Shown here one piece after another: positions 8,918 through 17,321 of a stretch of DNA of 32,492 bases. A program made the translations under genes and the position numbers. Position 1 is the stretch's first letter, and each line of letters starts with the position of its first letter. A model generated the notes under the pieces. The model did not search any database. It was given only the letters and a program-made list of their open reading frames with translations, and was not told where the DNA came from. This DNA comes from a virus (Duplodnaviria; Heunggongvirae; Uroviricota; Caudoviricetes), in IMG/VR virus record IMGVR_UViG_2744054675_000007, positions 1 to 32,492 of that record, one strand, 5' to 3'.

Positions 8918-9007
8918 AGGATGCTCCTTCTGTTTGATTGCATAACGAAAACGCCTCGAGTGAAGCGTTATTGGTATGCGGTAAAGCCGCCAACAGGCGG
9001 CTATTTG

Positions 9008-9133
9008 CTATTGATTCTTTTCAAGAACATCAATGATGTCGTCCGGGTTGTCTCCGTTGTCTTCACAAAATGCTTCGAATTCAGCCCATTTCGCGCTGAT
9101 AAAATCAATTACTCTAATTAATTCGTATTCCAT
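9008..9133 (-). CDS. small acidic hypothetical protein, 41 aa
   Basis: GGAGAAAAAT RBS before ATG at 9133 (MEYELIRVIDFISAKWAEFEAFCEDNGDNPDDIIDVLEKNQ); preceded by a terminator-like hairpin. Confidence 0.4.
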   Translation of the reverse strand: MEYELIRVIDFISAKWAEFEAFCEDNGDNPDDIIDVLEKNQ

Positions 9134-9144
9134 ATTTTTCTCCA

Positions 9145-9176
9145 GACCAAAAGAATGCCGCCCATATAGAGCGGCA
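9145..9176 (-). terminator. terminator-like hairpin plus T-run immediately upstream of the 9008..9133 gene RBS
   Basis: Minus-strand GCCGC-TCTATATGG-GCGGC followed by ATTCTTTTGG, then GGAGAAAAATATG. Confidence 0.4.
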
Positions 9177-9321
9177 AGACTATCAAGGAATGATTTCCAA
9201 TAATCAGAACAAGTCGGCTCCTGTTTAGTTACGAGCGACATTGCTCCGTGTATTCACTCGTTGGAATGAATACACAGCGCAGTGTTTATTCTGTTGTTTG
9301 TGCCAAAAATAAAGGCCACTA

Positions 9322-9573
9322 TCAGGCAGCCTTGTTGTAAATGTTGCAGGTATCAAGTAAGTAATTAGATGGAGCGACATAAATTATGAATTCAGCGTTT
9401 GTCGGGTCCATCTCCATCTCTTGGCCTATTGCCATTCTTGCGTCAGTGTCATCAGCGGCGAAGCATAAAACAGCCCACGCACCCATTGTTTTAAAAAGAA
9501 CTGCAATTGGCTGTGGTTTTACTGAATTTGCGTTAGCGCGAAAATCATAAATCGCACTTTCATGAAATTCCAT
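9322..9573 (-). CDS. hypothetical early protein, 83 aa
   Basis: ORF with GAGGTG RBS before the ATG at 9573; directly downstream of N. Confidence 0.5.
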   Translation of the reverse strand: MEFHESAIYDFRANANSVKPQPIAVLFKTMGAWAVLCFAADDTDARMAIGQEMEMDPTNAEFIIYVAPSNYLLDTCNIYNKAA

Positions 9574-9581
9574 ATCTCACC

Positions 9582-9887
9582 TCAATCGTAATAAGCTGGA
9601 ATTGATTTTCCGCGTTGCTTCTGGCGGCCTGAGCATGTCACACCCATTTCACTGCGTGGCTTGCTGTAGTAAATACGATTCTGTTTACGATCGACTTCTT
9701 CTGCTTTCTTGCAGCGAAGGCTTCCGAGTGAAGCTGCTTTGTCTGCTCTGACGCAACCAGAGAGCTTTAGCGCAATCTTTCGCGCCAGTCGCTGTTCTTG
9801 CATTGCCTGTTCACGTTGAGCCTGTCTGCGTGCTCTGCGGCGATTTCTGGCGTTATCGTCAGCCAGATATGTAATGACTACTGTCAT
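9582..9887 (-). CDS. N: antitermination protein N (lambda-like)
   Basis: Arg-rich motif NARNRRRARRQAQREQ near the N-terminus and a C-terminus (YYSKPRSEMGVTCSGRQKQRGKSIP) matching my recollection of lambda N (WYSKPGERGITCSGRQKIKGKSIP); GGAGG RBS; downstream of nutL. Confidence 0.75.
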   Translation of the reverse strand: MTVVITYLADDNARNRRRARRQAQREQAMQEQRLARKIALKLSGCVRADKAASLGSLRCKKAEEVDRKQNRIYYSKPRSEMGVTCSGRQKQRGKSIPAYYD

Positions 9888-10286
9888 GTTGACCTCCGAT
9901 GAAACAACTTTGGAATTTTTTTATTACAAAGTGGTTTCCTTCCCCGCCAATTAGACGGGGATGGAAGAGCATTTATGAGCCTTCATGGACTCTGCTCGAT
10001 CAGTTCTATTTAATTAATCTCTCAACTGAATGTAAGTATTCACATAAATCCTCCTACCTCTTGTGCAGCTTTCTTGAATATGGTGGCGGCTGCATAACGC
10101 CTATGGAATTGACTTTGGCGATTGGATGGCCGGTGCTGAACTCCGGCTTACTGGTTAGAGCGCCCGCACTACCAGTGACGCTGTCTTGAGGCGCAGATTG
10201 GTTACTGCTTGCCATGAGCGCTGTTTATACATTGGTCGAGCATCAGCCTGCTCATTCATCCAATCCCAAAGCCAACTACTCTTTGG

Positions 10287-10328
10287 TTCCCGCATTTCGG
10301 CGGGACAATCCCATCAATGTTAAAGAGC
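10287..10328 (-). promoter_or_regulatory. putative nutL (boxA-like GCTCTTTAACA plus boxB-like hairpin)
   Basis: Minus-strand GCTCTTTAACA followed by hairpin GTCCCGCCGAAATGCGGGAA; the same boxA and near-identical hairpin recur on the plus strand after cro. Confidence 0.5.
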
Positions 10329-10369
10329 CTGCCAATCTGTTCCGTTTGGCTACCAGCGTCCTGCTGATG

Positions 10370-10410
10370 GCTTAAATTTAAGATCTCTTTAATTAATGGT
10401 CAAGAGTATT
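10370..10410 (-). promoter_or_regulatory. putative OL/PL (leftward early promoter overlapping a P22-type operator)
   Basis: Minus-strand TTGACC (-35), 17 bp, TAAATT (-10) overlapping inverted-repeat ATTTAAGATCTCTTTAAT that resembles the operators next to cro. Confidence 0.4.
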
Positions 10411-10477
10411 TTTGAAGAAAACTTAAATTTTTTTTCGTAACTTAAGTTTGGCTTTGATTTTTAAAGGAAATAAAAAA

Positions 10478-10496
10478 AAAGGGGCGAATGCCCCCT
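10478..10496 (-). terminator. rho-independent terminator directly after the c2 stop codon
   Basis: Minus-strand GGGGGCATTCGCCCC followed by a run of nine T. Confidence 0.55.
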
Positions 10497-11146
10497 TATG
10501 GAAGGTTTGCTAGTTTTGCATCGACAACTACGCCGATGATTTTGCAGTTTCCGTTGATCTCGATCATCGGATATTGTGGGTTAAGTGGTTTTAGAAACTT
10601 CCTGCCTGCATCAATAACTAACTTCTTGAAAGTTGCCTCGTTTTCTCCTTCGAGCTTTGCAACTACCAGTTTCCCGTTACGCGGCTCTACTTCAGGATCG
10701 ACGAGTATTATCATTCCTTCAGGGATACTGAGACCGGCCGGAGCCGTCATTGAGTCTCCCTTCACGTCCAACCAAAACGAATCTTCTGAACAGTCTACGG
10801 TTGTATCGTACCAGTTATCTATTGCACGCTTATGATATGGTTCCACAGCTTCCATCCAGCATCCTGCGCTCACCCAGCTAATCAGAGGGTATGACCCTCT
10901 TGGATCATGCCTACTGTGATAGGCAATGTTTGAAAGACTTTCCTCTCCTTTCATCAGATAGTCAGGGGAACACTTCAACGCATTAGCCAGGGCGAGAAGA
11001 TTCTCTCCATTTGGCTCTGTCTCAGAGCGTTCCCACTGAGATATGGCAACATTAGACACGCCGACCATCTTTCCAAGTGCGGCCTGCCTGATCTTGAGTT
11101 CTTTTCTCCGAGCGCGAATGCGCTCTCCCATCAATTGAGTTTTCAT
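10496..11146 (-). CDS. c2: CI-type prophage repressor (HTH plus S24 LexA-like autopeptidase domain), P22 C2-like
   Basis: 216 aa; N-terminal HTH (IRQAALGKMVGVSNVAISQWERSE); C-terminal S24 motifs (GDSM Ser and downstream KK); matches my recollection of P22 C2; divergent from cro. Confidence 0.9.
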   Translation of the reverse strand: MKTQLMGERIRARRKELKIRQAALGKMVGVSNVAISQWERSETEPNGENLLALANALKCSPDYLMKGEESLSNIAYHSRHDPRGSYPLISWVSAGCWMEAVEPYHKRAIDNWYDTTVDCSEDSFWLDVKGDSMTAPAGLSIPEGMIILVDPEVEPRNGKLVVAKLEGENEATFKKLVIDAGRKFLKPLNPQYPMIEINGNCKIIGVVVDAKLANLP

Positions 11147-11226
11147 AGTTAAGACATCTTAAATAAACTTGACTTAAGATTCCTTTAGTGGATAATTTAA
11201 GTGTTCTTTAATTTCGGAGCGAGTCT
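11147..11226 (+). promoter_or_regulatory. OR operator/promoter region (PR rightward; PRM presumably leftward)
   Basis: Three TTAAG...CTTAA-type inverted repeats (AGTTAAGACATCTTAAAT, ACTTAAGATTCC..., ATTTAAGTGTTCTTTAAT); TTGACT at 11169..11174 and GATAAT at 11191..11196; GGAG RBS before cro. Confidence 0.55.
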
Positions 11227-11412
11227 ATGTACAAGAAAGATGTTATCGACCACTTCGGAACCCAGCGTGCTGTAGCTAAAGCGTTAGGCATTAGCGACGC
11301 AGCAGTCTCTCAGTGGAAGGAAGTCATCCCAGAGAAAGACGCCTATCGACTGGAAGTCGTTACAGCTGGCGCCCTGAAGTATCAAGAAAGCGCTTACCGC
11401 AAAGCGGCATAA
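11227..11412 (+). CDS. cro: Cro-type repressor (P22 Cro-like)
   Basis: 61 aa with HTH QRAVAKALGISDAAVSQW; divergent from c2 across the operator region; matches my recollection of P22 Cro. Confidence 0.9.
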   Translation: MYKKDVIDHFGTQRAVAKALGISDAAVSQWKEVIPEKDAYRLEVVTAGALKYQESAYRKAA

Positions 11413-11419
11413 GCAAATT

Positions 11420-11463
11420 GCTCTTTAACAGTCATGGTCCTCATTCCCGCCGAAATGCGGGAA
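11420..11463 (+). promoter_or_regulatory. putative nutR (boxA-like plus boxB-like hairpin)
   Basis: GCTCTTTAACA followed by hairpin TTCCCGCCGAAATGCGGGAA between cro and cII; mirror copy of the nutL element. Confidence 0.5.
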
Positions 11464-11520
11464 TACAACGCGCATAAGTTGATGCGCATAACTTCTTATT
11501 TGTTAAGGAAATACTTACAT

Positions 11521-11814
11521 ATGGTTCTTGCAAACAAACGCAACGAGGCTCTACGAATCGAGAGTGCGTTGCTTAACAAAATCGCAATGCTTGGAACTGA
11601 GAAGACAGCGGAAGCTGTGGGAGTTGATAAGTCGCAGATCAGCAGGTGGAAGAGGGATTGGATTCCAAAGTTCTCAATGCTGCTTGCTGTTCTTGAATGG
11701 GGTGTCGTTGACGACGACATGGCTCGATTGGCACGACAAGTTGCTTCGATTCTCACCAATAAAAAACGCCCGGCGGCAACCGAGCGTTCTGAACAAATAC
11801 AAATGGAATTTTAA
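11521..11814 (+). CDS. cII: CII-type transcriptional activator (lambda cII-like)
   Basis: 97 aa from the ATG after TAAGGAAATACTTACAT; near-identical to lambda CII as I recall it (MV.ANKRNEALRIESALLNKIAMLGTEKTAEAVGVDKSQISRWKRDWIPKF...). Confidence 0.85.
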   Translation: MVLANKRNEALRIESALLNKIAMLGTEKTAEAVGVDKSQISRWKRDWIPKFSMLLAVLEWGVVDDDMARLARQVASILTNKKRPAATERSEQIQMEF

Positions 11815-11836
11815 TAACATCCAACGAGGTAATTAT

Positions 11837-12109
11837 ATGCGAAACAAAGGCTTTAATCCACCTGATACACACAAAGAAGCTAAGCGTTTGCGCTTCCTTC
11901 GTTCCATTGATGAAAGAACTCAAATCTCTTTTGTGAAAGTTGCCAGAACTGAGCTTCTGAAGGCTGAGGCGAGGGCGTTGCTCCCGTCCCTACCAAAAGA
12001 GGAGGGATATACGTTCATTCCAAACGCATTTCTGGAAAAGCTGCTCAAAGAAGACATATCCGTAAGTCAGTTTAACGATGTTCTTAAGGTCTTTCGTCAA
12101 GGCAGGTAG
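11837..12109 (+). CDS. hypothetical protein, 90 aa
   Basis: GAGG RBS before ATG at 11837 (MRNKGFNPPDTHKEAKRLRFL...); the longer track ORF from 11528 overlaps cII out of frame and is rejected. Confidence 0.5.
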   Translation: MRNKGFNPPDTHKEAKRLRFLRSIDERTQISFVKVARTELLKAEARALLPSLPKEEGYTFIPNAFLEKLLKEDISVSQFNDVLKVFRQGR

Positions 12110-12111
12110 TT

Positions 12112-13059
12112 ATGAGCAATACAGCAAAAATCTACGATTTCAGCGCCGCACACGAGCGCAGGAGCAACAGGATGGAGAACCAGAAAACTGGTTACATTCC
12201 GTTGTACCGGAGCATTCTGAAACAGTCATGGGCGAAAGATGTTTATCTTCGCACCCTGTGGGAAAACCTTCTCCTGAATGCCGCCAGAAAGCCATACAAA
12301 GCGAATTTCAAAGGTCATGAATGGCATCTGCAACCCGGTCAACTGGTTGTGACAGCAGCTGATTTAGGTCTTCAGTTATGCGACAGGCATGGCAAGCCAG
12401 CAAGCCGTGATCAGGTTGAGCGGATGCTTCAGGTTTTTGTGAAAGAGGGGATGGTCTCCATTGATGGAGAGAAGCAAAAAGGTCGTGTGATCACCATCAC
12501 AAATTACCATGAATATGCTCAAAAAATGGACAATTCACCCGCACATGAAGCCGCACAAACAACCGCACATGACGTCGCACATGATGAAGCCAGTAATGGC
12601 GCGGCTTTCAGCGTACATGCCGCACATGAAAGCGCACATGAAGCCGCACAAACAACCGCACATCATGAACAAGAAGGTATTAACAAGAATATAAATAATA
12701 CCCCCCTACCCCCCAATGGGGGAGGCGATGGGCAGGTTAAACCTGAACGTCGCAAGGCAGAACGAATCGACTACGAATCCTTCCTGAACGCCTACAACAC
12801 CGAAGTCGGTGACAGACTTCCACACGCTGTTGCGGTCAACGAGAAACGAAAACGCCGCCTGAAGAAAATCATCCCGCAACTGAAAACGCCAAACGTGGAC
12901 GGTTTCAGAGCGTATGTCAGGGCGTTTGTGCATCAGGCCAAGCCGTTTTACTTCGGAGACAACGACACGGGCTGGACGGCTGATTTTGATTACCTGCTGA
13001 GAGAAGACTCGTTAACGGGAGTTCGGGAAGGGAAGTTTGCAGACAGGGGGATTGCATGA
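12112..13059 (+). CDS. replication initiator, lambda O-like, with internal origin iterons
   Basis: N-terminus [10 protein letters not shown] resembles lambda O (MTNTAKILNF); internal repeated [10 protein letters not shown] peptides encoded by DNA iterons; stop overlaps the helicase start (ATGA). Confidence 0.75.
   Translation: MSNTAKIYDFSAAHERRSNRMENQKTGYIPLYRSILKQSWAKDVYLRTLWENLLLNAARKPYKANFKGHEWHLQPGQLVVTAADLGLQLCDRHGKPASRDQVERMLQVFVKEGMVSIDGEKQKGRVITITNYHEYAQKMDNSPAHEAAQTTAHDVAHDEASNGAAFSVHAAHESAHEAAQTTAHHEQEGINKNINNTPLPPNGGGDGQVKPERRKAERIDYESFLNAYNTEVGDRLPHAVAVNEKRKRRLKKIIPQLKTPNVDGFRAYVRAFVHQAKPFYFGDNDTGWTADFDYLLREDSLTGVREGKFADRGIA
12536..12720. repeat. origin-like iteron array plus adjacent AT-rich stretch inside the O-like gene
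   Basis: At least six GCACATGA-type octamers, including two ~32 bp direct repeats (CGCACATGAAGCCGCACAAACAACCGCACAT), followed by AT-rich TATTAACAAGAATATAAATAATA. Confidence 0.55.
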
Positions 13060-14432
13060 GACAGGATATCGAAGCGAGCGTTATCGGTGGCCTGCTGATT
13101 GGTGGATTAACTCCAACCGCCAGTGACGTTCTGGCAACGCTGGAGCCGGAAGCGTTTTCAATTCCGCTCTACCGGAAAGCCTTCGAGGTTATTCGCAAGC
13201 AGGCGAGAAACAGAAACCTAATCGATGCGCTGATGGTTGCCGAGGCGTGCGGAGAGGAGCATTTCACGTCAATCCTGATGACCAGCAAAAACTGCCCGAG
13301 TGCCGCAAACCTGAAGGGATATGCCGGAATGGTCGCGGATAACTATCACCGCCGTCTGGTGCTGGAAATCATGGATGAAATGCGTGAACCAATCCAAAGC
13401 GGAACCATCGACGCATCGAGTCAGGCGATGGATGAACTTGTAAAGCGTCTTTCAGCCATCAGAAAGCCCCGTGACGAGGTTAAACCTGTACGGTTAGGGG
13501 AAATCATCACTGACTACACTGACACGCTTGACAGGCGTCTGAGGAACGGAGAAGAGTCAGATACCCTGAAGACCGGAATCGACGAACTTGACGCCATCAC
13601 CGGAGGGATGAACGCGGAAGACCTTGTGATAATCGCCGCTCGTCCTGGTATGGGGAAAACCGAACTGGCGCTGAAGATTGCCGAAGGCGTTGCAAGCCGC
13701 GTTATTCCTGGTTCTGACGTCCGGCGCGGGGTATTGATTTTCTCAATGGAAATGAGCGCATTGCAGATTGCAGAGCGAAGCATTGCCAACGCCGGGAGGA
13801 TGTCGGTTAGCGTACTGCGAAATCCTGCATCGATGGATGACGAAGGCTGGGCGCGTGTTGCTAACGGCATGAGTCAGCTTGCAGATTTGGATGTATGGGT
13901 AGTCGATGCCTCGCGGTTATCGGTCGAAGAAATTCGCTCAATCGCAGAGCGGCACAAACAGGAAAATCCAAACCTGTCACTCATCATGGCGGATTATCTT
14001 GGCCTGATTGAGAAGCCGAAAGCAGACCGCAACGACCTCGCAATTGCTCACATCTCCGGAAGCCTGAAGGCGATGGCGAAAGACCTGAAAACGCCTGTTA
14101 TCTCCCTGAGTCAGCTTTCGCGCGATGTTGAGAAGCGACCAAACAAACGCCCGACAAACGCAGATTTGCGTGATTCAGGAAGCATTGAACAGGACGCAGA
14201 CTCAATCATCATGCTCTATCGGGAAGCGGTATATGACGAGAACAGTAGCGCCGCGCCATTTGCTGAAATCATCGTGACGAAAAACCGTTTTGGCTCACTT
14301 GGTACGGTTTACCAGCGGTTCTGCAACGGACACTTTGTTGCATGTGATCAGGATGAAGCCAGACAGATTTGCACAGCATCAAATGCACCTGCTGCGCGTG
14401 GCAGACGATATGCACAAGGGGCGGACGTATGA
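13056..14432 (+). CDS. DnaB-like replicative DNA helicase
   Basis: 458 aa; DnaB N-terminal domain and Walker A GMGKT in a RecA-like C-terminal domain; position after the O-like gene. Confidence 0.9.
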   Translation: MRQDIEASVIGGLLIGGLTPTASDVLATLEPEAFSIPLYRKAFEVIRKQARNRNLIDALMVAEACGEEHFTSILMTSKNCPSAANLKGYAGMVADNYHRRLVLEIMDEMREPIQSGTIDASSQAMDELVKRLSAIRKPRDEVKPVRLGEIITDYTDTLDRRLRNGEESDTLKTGIDELDAITGGMNAEDLVIIAARPGMGKTELALKIAEGVASRVIPGSDVRRGVLIFSMEMSALQIAERSIANAGRMSVSVLRNPASMDDEGWARVANGMSQLADLDVWVVDASRLSVEEIRSIAERHKQENPNLSLIMADYLGLIEKPKADRNDLAIAHISGSLKAMAKDLKTPVISLSQLSRDVEKRPNKRPTNADLRDSGSIEQDADSIIMLYREAVYDENSSAAPFAEIIVTKNRFGSLGTVYQRFCNGHFVACDQDEARQICTASNAPAARGRRYAQGADV

Positions 14433-14458
14433 CCATCTACATCACTGAGCTTGTAACA

Positions 14459-14489
14459 GGCCTGCTGGTAATCGCAGGCCTTTTTATTT
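14459..14489 (+). terminator. rho-independent terminator (tR2 analogue) between replication genes and the nin region
   Basis: GGCCTGC-TGGTAATC-GCAGGCC followed by TTTTTATTT. Confidence 0.55.
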
Positions 14490-14504
14490 GGGGGAGAGTA
14501 AATC

Positions 14505-14711
14505 GTGGTTGAGTTGATTTTCTCTGCATTGAGGCTTCTCGGTGCTATGTGGATAGTGGCGACGTTCATTGTGGTTGCTGGCTGTTTTGTCCGGTTGGTA
14601 GGCGAAGGTAAAGACCTGGTTGGTGTGCTTTTCGGTAGCATTTTCCTGTGGGTGATTATCGGTGTTATGCCTGTCGCTGTAGCAAAAATGGCGTGGCGTT
14701 TTGTGAGTTGA
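14505..14711 (+). CDS. small hydrophobic membrane protein, 68 aa, GTG start
   Basis: GGGGAGAG RBS then GTG; sequence is almost entirely hydrophobic with two predicted transmembrane segments. Confidence 0.45.
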   Translation: MVELIFSALRLLGAMWIVATFIVVAGCFVRLVGEGKDLVGVLFGSIFLWVIIGVMPVAVAKMAWRFVS

Positions 14712-14728
14712 ACTGAGGATAAGTATCG

Positions 14729-15013
14729 ATGGACGAATCAAGAAAGAAGTTTGAGGAATACGTTGCCAAAAAATTGAAATTACCATTCGAGATGATAACC
14801 GAGGCAAGAAATGGTGATAGGTACTTCGCATTTTCAAGCATGGATATTCGTCACTCCTTAAATGAGTGGTGGGCTTTATGGCAGGCATCGCGAGCAGCTA
14901 TCGAGATTGAGCTTCCTGAAAGCTTTACCATGCATAGTGGGCGAACCCCATATCTGTATGTAAGCGAGGTGCAGAGCGCCATCCGCGCTGCTGGAGTCAA
15001 AGTGAAGGAGTAA
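14729..15013 (+). CDS. hypothetical protein, 94 aa
   Basis: ORF between the small membrane protein and ninB, same orientation. Confidence 0.55.
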   Translation: MDESRKKFEEYVAKKLKLPFEMITEARNGDRYFAFSSMDIRHSLNEWWALWQASRAAIEIELPESFTMHSGRTPYLYVSEVQSAIRAAGVKVKE

Positions 15014-15015
15014 CG

Positions 15016-15426
15016 ATGAAGCAAACAATATTCCTCCGAACTAAGCAACAACAGCAAGCCGCAATCAACGCCATCCTCGCAACACCACTCGATAAAGACA
15101 AGCCAGTCACCATCCGCATTACTGACTACAAGCGCAATCTTGACCAGAACGCAAAATTTCACGCGATGCTGGCGGATATCGCTCGTCAGGTTCAATGGTG
15201 CGGAAAATGGTTAAAACCAGAACAATGGAAGGTTTTGTTGATTAGCGGTCATGCAGTGGCGACAAAGCAGGAAGCTGATGTTTTGCCCGGGCTTGAAGGC
15301 GAATACGTCAACATTCGCGAAAGTAGCGCGCAGATGAGTGTGAAGCGTATGGCAAGTCTTATCGAGTACACAACAGCCTGGGCTATTGGTCAGGGTGTCA
15401 GATTTACCGACAGGAGGTACGAATGA
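15016..15426 (+). CDS. ninB: NinB/Orf-family recombination protein
   Basis: 136 aa; [27 protein letters not shown]... resembles lambda NinB (RSLDQNRKLWACLGDVSRQVEWHGRWL...). Confidence 0.8.
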   Translation: MKQTIFLRTKQQQQAAINAILATPLDKDKPVTIRITDYKRNLDQNAKFHAMLADIARQVQWCGKWLKPEQWKVLLISGHAVATKQEADVLPGLEGEYVNIRESSAQMSVKRMASLIEYTTAWAIGQGVRFTDRRYE

Positions 15427-15605
15427 GACGACAGCGACGAAGTTTCACCGACATCATCTGCGAAAACTGCAAATACCTTCCAACGAAGCGCTCCAGAAAT
15501 AAACGCAAGCCAATCCCAAAAGAATCTGACGTAAAAACCTTCAACTACACGGCTCACCTGTGGGATATCCGGTGGCTAAGACATCGTGCGAGGAATACAA
15601 GGTGA
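15423..15605 (+). CDS. ninE: NinE-family protein
   Basis: 60 aa [51 protein letters not shown]..., near-identical to lambda NinE as I recall it. Confidence 0.8.
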   Translation: MRRQRRSFTDIICENCKYLPTKRSRNKRKPIPKESDVKTFNYTAHLWDIRWLRHRARNTR

Positions 15606-15772
15606 TTGACCCAAATCGAAGTTACGAACAAGAAAGCGTCGAGCGAGATTTAACGTGCGCTAACTGCGGTCAGAAGCTGCATGTGCTGGAAGTTCACGTG
15701 TGTGAGCACTGCTGCGCAGAGCTGATGAGCGATCCGAATAGCTCAATGTACGAGGAAGAAGACGATGAATGA
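15602..15772 (+). CDS. ninF: NinF-family protein, GTG start overlapping the ninE stop
   Basis: [56 protein letters not shown] matches lambda NinF as I recall it; GTGA overlap. Confidence 0.7.
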   Translation: MIDPNRSYEQESVERDLTCANCGQKLHVLEVHVCEHCCAELMSDPNSSMYEEEDDE

Positions 15773-16487
15773 GTTAATAAATGGCAATGCCATCAAAATG
15801 ACAAGCATTGAAATCGCTGAGTTGGTTGGTAAGCGTCATGACAATGTGAAACGTACCATCGAAACGCTGGCTAAAAATGGTGTTATCCGGCTTCCTCAAA
15901 TTGAGGTTTCCGAAAGAATCAATAACTTAGGGTTCAATGTTCAGTACGAGCATTACGTCTTCGAAGGCGAACAAGGAAAGCGAGACAGTATTGTCATTGT
16001 AGCCCAGTTGTCGCCGGAATTCACCGCTCGTCTTGTTGACCGTTGGAGAGAGCTTGAAGAAACTGCAGTTAATATCCCCAAAACGCTACCAGAAGCGTTG
16101 CGCCTTGCTGCTGACCTTGCAGAGCAGAAAATGCAACTGGAAAACCAGCTCGCAATTGCCGCACCTAAAGTTGAGTTTGCCGATCGCGTTGGCGAGGCCA
16201 GCGGAATTTTGATTGGAAACTTTGCAAAGGTTGTCGGTATTGGTCCAAACAAACTGTTTGCGTGGATGCGCGATCACAAAATCCTTATTGCTTCAGGTTC
16301 CCGGCGCAATGTGCCAATGCAGGAATATATGGATCGCGGCTATTTCACAGTGAAAGAAACAGCGGTCAATACAAATCACGGAATACAGATATCGTTCACC
16401 ACAAAAATCACCGGGCGTGGTCAACAGTGGCTGACCAGAAAGCTGCTCGATAACGGAATGCTGAAAGTAACAGGGGAGGCTGCTTAA
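15765..16487 (+). CDS. Rha/KilAC-type antirepressor-like DNA-binding protein (Roi-like)
   Basis: 240 aa; N-terminal Rha-type regulatory domain and C-terminal KilAC/ANT-like region by motif pattern; located in the nin region as roi is in HK022. Confidence 0.6.
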   Translation: MNELINGNAIKMTSIEIAELVGKRHDNVKRTIETLAKNGVIRLPQIEVSERINNLGFNVQYEHYVFEGEQGKRDSIVIVAQLSPEFTARLVDRWRELEETAVNIPKTLPEALRLAADLAEQKMQLENQLAIAAPKVEFADRVGEASGILIGNFAKVVGIGPNKLFAWMRDHKILIASGSRRNVPMQEYMDRGYFTVKETAVNTNHGIQISFTTKITGRGQQWLTRKLLDNGMLKVTGEAA

Positions 16488-16777
16488 TGGCTAACCTACG
16501 CAAAGAAGCACGCGGCAGAGAATGCCAGGTACGTATTTACGGCATATGCAATGGCAATCCTGAAACTACAGTTCTGGCACATTACCGGATGGCTGGAATT
16601 TGTGGAACGGGGATGAAGCCTGACGACCTGATCGGCGCATGGGCTTGTAGCGCGTGTCACGATGAAATCGACCGACGCACCCATAATCTCGACAACAAAG
16701 ACGCCAGACTTTATCACCTCGAAGGCGTGATCAGGACGCAGGCGATACTGCTGAAGGAGGGGAAGATTAAGCCATGA
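16487..16777 (+). CDS. DUF1364-family protein (YbcO-like, putative metal-binding nuclease)
   Basis: 96 aa with Cys/His pattern CQVRIYGICNG...HYR...CSACHDEIDRRTH; position before rusA as ybcO in DLP12. Confidence 0.6.
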   Translation: MANLRKEARGRECQVRIYGICNGNPETTVLAHYRMAGICGTGMKPDDLIGAWACSACHDEIDRRTHNLDNKDARLYHLEGVIRTQAILLKEGKIKP

Positions 16778-17136
16778 ACGAATATCAGTTTGTGCTTCCA
16801 TACCCGCCGTCGGTGAATACCTACTGGCGAAGACGGGGAAGCCAATACTACATCAGCGATAAAGGCCAGAAATACCGAAAAGATGTACAGCAAATAATCC
16901 GCCAACTTAAGTTAGACATTTTCACCAAATCACGACTCCGCATCAAAGTCATCGCAGACGTTCCAGACTCCCGCCGCCGCGACCTCGATAACATCCTGAA
17001 AGGTTTACTCGACTCCCTTATCCACGCCGGATTTGCGGAAGACGACGAGCAATTCGATGACATTCGCGTAATTCGTGGCGTGAAAGTACCAGGCGGAAGG
17101 CTTGGAATAAAAATCACCGAACTGGAGAACGCATGA
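16774..17136 (+). CDS. rusA: RusA Holliday-junction resolvase
   Basis: 120 aa; DVPDSRRRDLDNILKGLLDSL and GGRLGIKITE match E. coli RusA ([30 protein letters not shown]). Confidence 0.85.
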   Translation: MNEYQFVLPYPPSVNTYWRRRGSQYYISDKGQKYRKDVQQIIRQLKLDIFTKSRLRIKVIADVPDSRRRDLDNILKGLLDSLIHAGFAEDDEQFDDIRVIRGVKVPGGRLGIKITELENA

Positions 17137-17321
17137 ACGCCACAATTCAAACGATACCAGAGCTTCTTATCCAGACACGAGGCAATCAGACCGAAGTGGC
17201 GAGGATGCTTTCCTGCGCAAGAGGAACAGTGCTCAAGTACAACCGAGACAGCAAAGGCGAGCGTCACGTAATAGTTAACGGCGTCCTGATGGTCAAACAG
17301 GGCAAGAGGGGAAGACGATGA
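17133..17321 (+). CDS. ninH: NinH-family protein
   Basis: 62 aa; TIPELLIQTRGNQTEVARMLSCARGTVLKY resembles lambda NinH (TIPDMLVEAYGNQTEVARRLKCSRGTVRKY). Confidence 0.75.
   Translation: MNATIQTIPELLIQTRGNQTEVARMLSCARGTVLKYNRDSKGERHVIVNGVLMVKQGKRGRR

Noticed and set aside
7446-9887. Search for a RecE or lambda-Exo-type exonuclease next to recT
   Set aside because: No ORF of suitable size or motif content was found; this is reported as an absence, not a feature.
9899-10189. Plus-strand ORF 9899..10189 between N and nutL
   Set aside because: Lies antisense within the nutL-N leader, has no RBS, and is a poor fit for a protein; the minus-strand 53-codon ORF in the same gap also lacks an RBS.
11528-11836. 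N-terminal part of ORF 11528..12109 overlapping cII
   Set aside because: Overlaps the well-supported cII gene in another frame; a GAGG RBS supports the internal ATG at 11837 instead.
12536-12670. Direct repeats considered as a possible CRISPR array
   Set aside because: Repeats are short iterons inside a coding gene with no regular repeat-spacer periodicity; no CRISPR-like array was seen anywhere in the window.
12509-12694. ORF 12509..12694 with repetitive HMKPHKQPH translation
   Set aside because: Alternative-frame artefact of the ori iterons inside the O-like gene.
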